Assembly: GCA_963713605.1 (NCBI GenBank)
Contig: CAVQMO010000001.1
Location: 576,001-640,000, forward strand
Length of the DNA: 64,000 nucleotides
From: an uncultured Nitrososphaerales archaeon
Lineage (GTDB): Archaea; Thermoproteota; Nitrososphaeria; Nitrososphaerales; Nitrososphaeraceae
Reading direction: 5' to 3'
Part shown: piece by piece, positions 56,749-64,000 of the stretch
Layout: each line of letters opens with the position of its first letter
How positions within the stretch are numbered: the stretch's first letter is position 1
Notes under the pieces: model-generated
Seen by the model: the letters and a program-made list of their open reading frames with translations, nothing else
What the model was told of the DNA's origin: nothing
Databases searched by the model: none
Position numbers and translations under genes: made by a program

Positions 56749-57165
56749 ATGCAATCTAAGAAAATACTTGTCGCAGTAGATGGATCCCTGGCATCCTTAC
56801 GCGCGTCAAGTTACGCAAATACCTTATTTACCTCTGAATCCAGGTCGAAAATTTACGTAATGCACGTTATGGAGTGGAGCGATGAGGAGGAGGATGAATC
56901 TGTCGATGAAGGTTTAGTAACCCAAATGGAACAAGAGGGAAGAAAAATGTTACGAAGTGCAGCCTTATCGTCAAGGAACCCAGATTGTGAAAGAATAATC
57001 AAACTAGGTGATCCTGCAATTAAAATCGCTGAAATGACTGATAAACTTGAGGTAGACAATATCATAATGGGAACAAAGGGCTTGGGAAGGACAGAGGCGA
57101 GTGTAGGCCATGTAACTGGTAAGGTACTGCGTCCAACGTCCAGACCTACAATACTTATCAAGTAG
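56749..57165 (+). CDS. Universal stress protein domain
   Basis: KKILVAVDGS, GDPA, IIMGTKG, VGHVT.KV. Confidence 0.88.
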   Translation: MQSKKILVAVDGSLASLRASSYANTLFTSESRSKIYVMHVMEWSDEEEDESVDEGLVTQMEQEGRKMLRSAALSSRNPDCERIIKLGDPAIKIAEMTDKLEVDNIIMGTKGLGRTEASVGHVTGKVLRPTSRPTILIK

Positions 57166-57215
57166 CATTAATCGTTGTATGGATTGAGCAGCAAGAGTTT
57201 CTTGACGATGCTTTA

Positions 57216-57227
57216 GTCGACGTCGAC
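57216..57227. promoter_or_regulatory. Perfect 12-bp palindrome GTCGACGTCGAC (copy 1)
   Basis: Intergenic; second copy at 59367-59378; function inferred only. Confidence 0.45.
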
Positions 57228-57417
57228 ACATTATCCTGTACCGTACCGCATGCCTACTTTTCTATTAACCTTGGAATCGCGCATTACATTTGTTTCGCTT
57301 CGTTCAACAGTTATGAGACAGGACGTGATCCATAGGCTGCCTTATCTTGGTAACGGCCTTAATAAATATCATTACGGCACAAATTGTTAAAATATACCTT
57401 TACAATTACAATCTAGT

Positions 57418-58624
57418 TTGATAGGCGCATTAGAGGCTTTATTATTCTCTGTGGTAACACTTCAAATAGCGGGTCCGGCTGACTACTCCACTGGAAATCC
57501 AGTAATGGATTTCTTTTACACACTATTTAACGGCATAAGCGAAGTTCCATTGTTCAGCTCCCCAGTCAACGGAATTCTGATTTTGGCTGGTGTCTTCATC
57601 GCGTCAAGATACGCTGGAGCAATGATGGTAATAGCAGGCCTGGTTGGAGCAGGAATGGCTATTCTGCTTGGGGCACCTTACGGGCTAGTTACATTCGGTC
57701 TTTTCGGTTACAACTCAATCTTGACGGGTATGGCCTTCTGGTCAGGTCCATTTACTAAGACTAATAAAGCAACATTTTGGCTCTCAATCTACGGGGCTGC
57801 CGCGACTGCAGTAGTATGGATGGCATTTTCTCATTTGATGGGAGATATGTTCAGCCAGTGCCTTGGACTACCAGAGGCGACGTGCACATCCAATTCATGG
57901 GCTATTCCTGGCTTTACTTCATCATTCATATTCACGACTTGGGCTATGATGTATGCATCACAAAGATATGGGCGTGATATATGGCCTGGTCCGCCACCCC
58001 CACCGAGGACCTGTGAAGCTCATTGCAGCTAGTAGCAACCCTGACACCAAGGATGACTTTAAGTGGACAGCAAAAGAATTCACGGTTGCGACCTTGAAGG
58101 GCGTCTCTCAAGTTACGTTTGTTGAGAACTGGAAGACAGGTCTTTTCTGGGTTATAGGACTTACCTTGGCATTTGAACTTGCTCCCCTGGTAGACGTCAA
58201 TGGCGACCCAATGAATCAAGGTCGTCCTTGGTGGACTAATGGCTACACAGCAGGATGGAATCCTTTGTCTCCCCTGTATCTGGGAGGAGTAATGGCTCTT
58301 ATCGGATCAGCAATAGGAGCGGCGTGCGCAATCCTAACGAAAATACCTACTGCCGAGATTAGATTAGGCCTTCATGGGTTTAACCAAGTATTGGTCATGA
58401 TAGCTCTGACTAGTTTCCTGCCGCTGACCTGGCAGTCTTTCCTGATTGCTGTCTTCATGACTGTGGCTTGTTCGCTCTTTGTGATGCCTGCCTTGCAGCG
58501 CTTCTTTGGTATGTGGGGCCTGCCTGCATTGACCGGACCTTTCGTTTTCACTGCATGGGTCGCGCTGTTGGGAATATCAGGGTTCGAGAACATTCCTGCA
58601 GGCGCTGGTTGGTCACGTCCTTAG
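57418..58624 (+). CDS. utp: Urea transporter (UT family), two-repeat architecture; +1 indel at ~58006
   Basis: GISEV..FSSPVNG, GLFGYN, PGFTSSF; second half GVSQVTFVENWKTG, GLHGFN, PALTGPFV. Confidence 0.9.
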
Positions 58625-58736
58625 ATCGATAGGAGGTTGCGAGCCCGAATACTCCTATTTTTCTTTTATTTTAATTGATAGTCTAGTTTATTGATACCTT
58701 TACATATATGCTAGGTGTTAGCCGTTTATAATCAGA

Positions 58737-59322
58737 TTGGAGCCCGAACAATTTCGAGAGTTTTTGAAGTATTCGAAGGCAAGATTGGAAGGACTTACTG
58801 ATCCTGAAAAAATACAATTGTTTATGGATTGGTGCAACAGGAAGGGCCTGGAAGAACTTATGTTGCGCCTCAGCTCCGAATCAAGGGGTGGATGGGGAGA
58901 AAACACTTTCCTCGATTTTACTACAAAAAGAATAATTGTAAGCAAAAAGGAGTTTTTTAGGAAATTTCTGGATTTGGGCTACGTTGCTGGAATGGCTCCC
59001 TATCCTTACCTCATTTTGAGCAAGAAAATTAAGAATTCAGACATCATGAAAAAGTCAGCCTCTATAGACGTTAATTCAATTTCGCAAAGAGCTCAGAGTT
59101 TCTATGTATGGTATGATGACGTAAAGCTTCTTGAAATTCGAAAAGGTACCGAGACTATCGTCCACAACATGATGGGATCAATGATTCAAACAAATTTTCT
59201 TACGTTCACGACTAGCGAGAGGACTTATGATTTCAAGCTCGCCTACAAAGAAGGACGGTCACTTTGATAGAATTTTTTTTTGGCTAGATTCGGTGATTCC
59301 GGTTAAAGTAGTTAAATCGTAA
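58737..59322 (+). CDS. Hypothetical protein in the urease cluster (indel at ~59241 extends the ORF to 59322)
   Basis: 176-aa ORF; shifted frame continues PTKKDGHFDRIFFWLDSVIPVKVVKS. Confidence 0.7.
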
Positions 59323-59343
59323 GAAACACCTAACACAAGTAGG

Positions 59344-59378
59344 CGACAACAACATTAGATGTTATTGTCGACGTCGAC
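59344..59378. promoter_or_regulatory. Inverted repeat CGACAACAACAT-tag-ATGTTATTGTCG overlapping palindrome GTCGACGTCGAC (copy 2)
   Basis: 12-bp arms with one mismatch; about 95 bp upstream of ureA. Confidence 0.5.
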
Positions 59379-59473
59379 TTAACTCTAAACCAATTTAGGT
59401 TGCTGAATATCTGCGGATTTTTTTTAGACTTAAATATTTCAAGCATTTAGTAGTAAATGAGGTATTTGGAAAT

Positions 59474-59776
59474 ATGATGTTAGCACCTAGAGAGGTGGAT
59501 AAAATGATGATCTGGACAGCTGCTCAGATCGCGAAAGCAAGGAAGGAGAGGGGCGTGAAATTGAATTATCCTGAGACCGTGGCCTATATTGCAGATCATG
59601 TTGTGGAAGGGGCAAGGGACGGGAAGAGTGTTGCCGAGTTGATGAAGTCTGCAAGAACTATATTGAAAAAGGCAGACGTGATGTCAGGCATTCCTGATAT
59701 GATACACACAGTACAAGTAGAATGCACCTTTCCTGATGGCACAAAATTGGTAACCGTTCATGACCCAGTTCAGTAG
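59474..59776 (+). CDS. ureA: Urease gamma subunit
   Basis: [38 protein letters not shown]. Confidence 0.98.
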   Translation: MMLAPREVDKMMIWTAAQIAKARKERGVKLNYPETVAYIADHVVEGARDGKSVAELMKSARTILKKADVMSGIPDMIHTVQVECTFPDGTKLVTVHDPVQ

Positions 59777-59862
59777 GCGGCGATGATATGAATGATAAAG
59801 AAGACAAAGACCAAATCCGTAATTAAAAAAAACAAAATACAAGAAAGGAGGTATCTAAAGTA

Positions 59863-60231
59863 ATGATTGCTGGAGAATATGTTCTGCGTTCAGAACCAGT
59901 TTTGTGTAATGAAAACAGAAAAACTGTCAAATTAAAGGTCAAGAATACAGGTGATAGGCCATGCCAAATAGGATCACATACTCATTTCTTTGAAGTTAAC
60001 AAGGCGTTGGATTTCCCCCGAGAGAAAGCATATGGGTATAGATTGAACATACCTGCTGGAACAGGTGTTAGATTTGAACCAGGTGACGAGAAGGATGTAG
60101 AGCTTTGTGAAATTAGTGGAGCAAGAATTGTCTATGGTTTCAATGGTCTCACAATGGGTGGGCTTAGATCCACTCATATAAAGCGCGCGGCCCTAGAAAA
60201 GGCTAAGGCGGCAGGATTTAAAGGAGCATAG
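59863..60231 (+). CDS. ureB: Urease beta subunit
   Basis: NTGDRPCQIGSHTHFFEVN, RLNIPAGTGVRFEPG. Confidence 0.98.
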   Translation: MIAGEYVLRSEPVLCNENRKTVKLKVKNTGDRPCQIGSHTHFFEVNKALDFPREKAYGYRLNIPAGTGVRFEPGDEKDVELCEISGARIVYGFNGLTMGGLRSTHIKRAALEKAKAAGFKGA

Positions 60232-60246
60232 AGGAGAGAGTGGGTA

Positions 60247-61974
60247 ATGGTTCTTAAATTAACCCGGAAACAGTATTCGGACCTGTTTGGCCCGACTACC
60301 GGAGACAAGATAAGACTTGGAGACTCGGAGTTATTTATTGAAATAGAGAAGGACTTGATAACTCCAGGCGATGAATGTGTATTCGGTGGAGGAAAAACAC
60401 TTAGAGATGGTTTATCGCAGACTTCAGGGATTACCAGTGCCAATGGAGCCCTCGATTATCTCATTACAAACGCAGTGATACTTGATCCTGTACAAGGAAT
60501 TGTAAAAGCAGATGTAGGAATAAAAGATGGCAAGATCGCAGGAATTGGGAATTCAGGCAACCCATACACTCAGGATAAAGTGGATCCCCATTTGATCGTC
60601 TCTGCATGTACAGAGGCTACTGCAGGTGAACATACGATTATCACAGCAGGTCATTTTGACACACACATTCACATGATCTCCCCACAGCAGTATATTGATG
60701 GAATAAGCAATGGAATCTGCAATATGATAGGCGGAGGAACAGGTCCTGCCGATGGGACAAATGCTACTACATGCACTCCAGGAACCTTCAATATCAGCAG
60801 AATGATGGAGGCTGTCGAAGACACACCGATGAACTGGGGATTTTTGGGAAAGGGAAATGATTCTCATCCATCCTTAGCTACATTAATAGAACAGATTGAG
60901 GCAGGAGCCTGTGGACTCAAGGATCATGAAGACTGGGGAACTACAAACACCGTTCTTGATGCCTCTCTTCGAGCCTGTGATGCAACCGATACTCAGCTAG
61001 CGATCCACACAGATTCTATAAATGAATGTGCCTACGTAGAGGACACTATAGACGCGATTGACGGAAGAACATTGCACACGTATCATACAGAAGGTGCAGG
61101 AGGAGGACATGCTCCTGATATAATGAAAATTGCAGGTGAACATTTCGCCCTGCCATCATCAACGAATCCAACAAGACCATATACTGTCAATACTGTTGAC
61201 GAACATTTGGATATGCTCATGTTCTGTCATCATCTTAATCCTGCAGTAGCAGAAGATGTAGCATTCGCAGAGTCTAGAATTAGAGCCGAGACCATTGCGG
61301 CAGAAGACGTATTACATGATGAAGGTGTCCTAAGCATGTATTCATCAGATAGCCAGGCTATGGGTCGAATAGGTGAAGTGGTAATCAGAGCATGGCAGAC
61401 TGCTGACAAAATGAAGAAAATGAAGGGCAAATTAAAGGAAGAGACTGGTGATAACGACAATATGAGAGCGAAAAGATACATCGCCAAGACTACCATAAAT
61501 CCTGCAATAACCCATGGTGTGTCTGAATATCTAGGCTCATTGGAAGTAGGAAAATATGCAGACATAGTCATGTATAACACGGCGTTCTTCCCTGCAAAAC
61601 CAAAGATGGTCTTCAAGGGAGGATTCATAGCCTGGTCAATTATGGGAGACCCCAATGCTTCGTTACCTACACCAGAACCTGTGTACTATAGGCCAATGTT
61701 TGGAGCCCTCGGAAGAGCAGTAAAGAAGACCTGCTTTACTTTCACTTCAAAGGCAGCTGTCAGCATGGGAGTTCCAGAGAAGCTGGGTCTGGAGAAAATA
61801 ATACTTCCCGTAAAGAAATGCAGAACTATTAGCAAGGCAGATATGGTGTGGAACGACAAGACTCCTGAAATTACGATCGACCCTGAAACATATGAGGTAA
61901 AGCTAGACGGCAAAATTGCTACCGTGGATCCAGCCAAAGAGTTATCATCCGCACAGAGATACTTTATGGCGTAA
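60247..61974 (+). CDS. ureC: Urease alpha subunit
   Basis: [50 protein letters not shown]. Confidence 0.99.
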   Translation: MVLKLTRKQYSDLFGPTTGDKIRLGDSELFIEIEKDLITPGDECVFGGGKTLRDGLSQTSGITSANGALDYLITNAVILDPVQGIVKADVGIKDGKIAGIGNSGNPYTQDKVDPHLIVSACTEATAGEHTIITAGHFDTHIHMISPQQYIDGISNGICNMIGGGTGPADGTNATTCTPGTFNISRMMEAVEDTPMNWGFLGKGNDSHPSLATLIEQIEAGACGLKDHEDWGTTNTVLDASLRACDATDTQLAIHTDSINECAYVEDTIDAIDGRTLHTYHTEGAGGGHAPDIMKIAGEHFALPSSTNPTRPYTVNTVDEHLDMLMFCHHLNPAVAEDVAFAESRIRAETIAAEDVLHDEGVLSMYSSDSQAMGRIGEVVIRAWQTADKMKKMKGKLKEETGDNDNMRAKRYIAKTTINPAITHGVSEYLGSLEVGKYADIVMYNTAFFPAKPKMVFKGGFIAWSIMGDPNASLPTPEPVYYRPMFGALGRAVKKTCFTFTSKAAVSMGVPEKLGLEKIILPVKKCRTISKADMVWNDKTPEITIDPETYEVKLDGKIATVDPAKELSSAQRYFMA

Positions 61975-62040
61975 AAGAATGTCGTAAAGTCCTTTTTTAT
62001 TTTTTAGCTACAGTATAGAGAACCCGATAAAAGGGTAGCG

Positions 62041-62069
62041 GTAGTTGCGATCCTAACTACTGGTTTTTT
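62041..62069 (+). terminator. Hairpin plus T-tract after ureC (additional oligo-T at ~61993-62005)
   Basis: GTAGTT...AACTAC stem followed by GGTTTTTT. Confidence 0.4.
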
Positions 62070-62119
62070 AGAGGTGACATTTGACCTCAATCTTTATTTC
62101 TTGCTTGTGAAGATAGTGC

Positions 62120-63703
62120 TTGATGTCGAATCCTAATTTTGGCGTATGGAGACCTATGGCCGAGAGTGTAGAATTCAACGCACTAGAATCAAATTCCAAT
62201 GCTGTTACTGCTGTAGCAGATACTGTGAGAACAACTTTGGGACCTAAAGGGTTAGATAAGCTCTTGATAGATCAAGCTATGAATCGCCACATTTCTAACG
62301 ATGGGGTTACTATTCTCCTTTCTTTGCGTGCAATCCACCCGGTGGCACGAATGATAGTTGAAATAGCAGAAAGACAAGAACAACTAGTTGGAGACGGCAC
62401 AACTACCGCAGTGGTTATGGCTGCTGAGATGATCAAAGAAGGAAAAAGGTTAGTGAAGGAGCTGGGAGTACATCCCACAAAAGTTGTTGAGGGAATAGAT
62501 AGTGGAGTTAAACACGCATGCGATCTATTGCGAGAAGAGACAAGGTCCATTTCCATTTCAGATCTAGGACTTGAACAAGTGGTCAGGACATCTCTTTCTT
62601 CAAAACTAGACGGATTAAAACTTTCAAGGCTTGTGATATCTGCCTTGAGAACGGTTGGTGATAATGCGAGGTATCATAATCAGTATGATTTTGACAAGTC
62701 TATAATAGTAATCAGACGTACGAACATGGGCGATGCTGTTGTCAATGGCATAGTTTTGGAACGGAAGAAGATAGATCCTGAAATGCCTACGGAAGTGAAG
62801 GAAGCAAAGATCTTGATGGTAAAAATGGATTTAAAACCAGTCAAGGAATCGTGGTTAAAGGAAGGAAGTAAATACGATGAAATCTTAAGTATGGAAAAGG
62901 ATAGAGTATCAAAATCAAAAGAAATAGTAGACAAATTAGTATCCACCGGAGCAAATACAATTCTAATAGCATCCACAGAAGTCGATCAAGTGATTGAAGA
63001 TTTGTTAGTTGCAAGAAAAATATTTGCAGTGAAAATCTCAACGGAGGAGATTGAGTATGTATCACGGTACACCAAAGCAAAACCAATTAGAATGATTGAG
63101 GAGCTGACCAGCACAGGGAATTTTGAAAGAGGTGACGAGCAATTATTAGGATATGCAGATGTAGTAAGGGAAGATGAAGAAAATGCGGTAGTATACATTG
63201 AAAATGGTGCAGGTAAGAATATCGTAACTATGATAGTTTCAGGTTCGACCAAGGAAACATCTCTTGAGCGCTGGAGAGCTGCAATTGATGGAGTAAATGC
63301 TGCGGAAGCGGCTCTTAACGAAGGCGTGGTTGCAGGTGGGGGGTCGGCAGAGCTGCATGTTATCGATAAGGTGAAAAAACTAAGGCTTAAGGGGCTTGAA
63401 CAGGTTGGACTTGAGGTTGTTATCTCGGCCCTTGAAAGCATAATGCGACAGATTCTAACAAATGCAGGCTATAACGGATTAGAAAAAGTAATGGCTGCAA
63501 AAGCCTCGCCGTCTGGCTTCGGGATAGATATAGACTCCGGTGAACCAGTTGATATGTGGAAAAGGGGGATACTAGATCCTTTAAAGGTTAAGACAATGGC
63601 GCTTGAAGCTGCTGCCGAGATCTCGAAATCGGTTCTCCGAATTGACAGGAATTTGGCCGCTGAAGATTTAAGTCCTCAATCACTCTCTGATTCGAGGAGA
63701 TAG
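62120..63703 (+). CDS. Divergent group II chaperonin (thermosome-like) in the urease cluster
   Basis: [48 protein letters not shown]. Confidence 0.93.
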   Translation: MMSNPNFGVWRPMAESVEFNALESNSNAVTAVADTVRTTLGPKGLDKLLIDQAMNRHISNDGVTILLSLRAIHPVARMIVEIAERQEQLVGDGTTTAVVMAAEMIKEGKRLVKELGVHPTKVVEGIDSGVKHACDLLREETRSISISDLGLEQVVRTSLSSKLDGLKLSRLVISALRTVGDNARYHNQYDFDKSIIVIRRTNMGDAVVNGIVLERKKIDPEMPTEVKEAKILMVKMDLKPVKESWLKEGSKYDEILSMEKDRVSKSKEIVDKLVSTGANTILIASTEVDQVIEDLLVARKIFAVKISTEEIEYVSRYTKAKPIRMIEELTSTGNFERGDEQLLGYADVVREDEENAVVYIENGAGKNIVTMIVSGSTKETSLERWRAAIDGVNAAEAALNEGVVAGGGSAELHVIDKVKKLRLKGLEQVGLEVVISALESIMRQILTNAGYNGLEKVMAAKASPSGFGIDIDSGEPVDMWKRGILDPLKVKTMALEAAAEISKSVLRIDRNLAAEDLSPQSLSDSRR

Positions 63704-63718
63704 GTGAGAAATTCAATT

Positions 63719-64000
63719 ATGATAATACGTCACTGTGTCGAGAAAACCAATATAGACGAAAACTATTTGGTAATAGATCCTACTCTGATAAAGCATGTGA
63801 TAGTATCTGGTGGCAAGATCCACTCGATGTCTGGACTTATCGATCCAACATCACATCTAAATGTTGATTATTCTCTGCATAAAGTAACGAAATGCATTAT
63901 CGCTGAAAAATTTGAAATAGGAGCTCCAGTCAAGATAGAAGACAATGGGTTGGTTTTTGCACTAGTTGGTCAGTCATCATATGGTCATTATGGCAAGGTT
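63719..64000 (+). CDS. Hypothetical protein directly after the chaperonin, truncated by the window end
   Basis: Open frame MIIRHCVEKTNIDENYLVIDP...YGHYGKV from ATG 63719, 15 nt after the chaperonin stop. Confidence 0.75.
   Translation, partial: MIIRHCVEKTNIDENYLVIDPTLIKHVIVSGGKIHSMSGLIDPTSHLNVDYSLHKVTKCIIAEKFEIGAPVKIEDNGLVFALVGQSSYGHYGKV

Noticed and set aside
60174..63441. Antisense ORFs of 80-150 aa over ureC and the chaperonin (and similar ones elsewhere)
   Set aside because: Shadow ORFs opposite well-conserved genes
1..64000. CRISPR array, rRNA, IS/transposase, integrase
   Set aside because: No repeat-spacer periodicity, rRNA-like sequence or recombinase/transposase motifs were recognised

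Overview
Archaeal chromosomal DNA of roughly 38% GC (visual estimate). It is most likely from a soil-type ammonia-oxidising archaeon (Nitrososphaeraceae): aIF2-alpha plus Nop10, an ESCRT-III/CdvB paralogue, a group II chaperonin, two deoxyhypusine-synthase-family genes and many Zn-finger/PQQ/beta-helix proteins. Layout: 1-10.5 kb is a decaying accessory region (two paralogous secreted alpha/beta-hydrolases, ORFans with RHH/Zn-ribbon motifs, a P5C-dehydrogenase pseudogene, a broken tatA, an unannotated Lys-rich micropeptide). 10.9-35 kb is mixed metabolic, secreted and small Zn-finger genes, including a SLATT-like protein, a hidden CcdA-like RHH protein and CdvB. 36-43 kb is a surface-glycan locus. 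46-54.7 kb holds core genes (Nop10, aIF2a, cobO, MtrA-like, GNAT, two DHS paralogues, GATase, ParB-like, Lrp). 54.8-64 kb is a urea-utilisation cluster (decayed DUR3 symporter/USP, UT channel, ureABC, a divergent thermosome, a partial downstream ORF). About a dozen otherwise intact genes carry a single 1-nt indel, probably long-read sequencing error. The best candidates for undescribed biology are the urease-linked chaperonin, a 12-bp palindrome repeated upstream of UT and ureA, a histone-H1-tail-like 35-aa peptide, an orphan CcdA-like RHH protein, and a soluble MtrA homologue divergent from cobO. No tRNA, rRNA, CRISPR, integrase or transposase was recognised.
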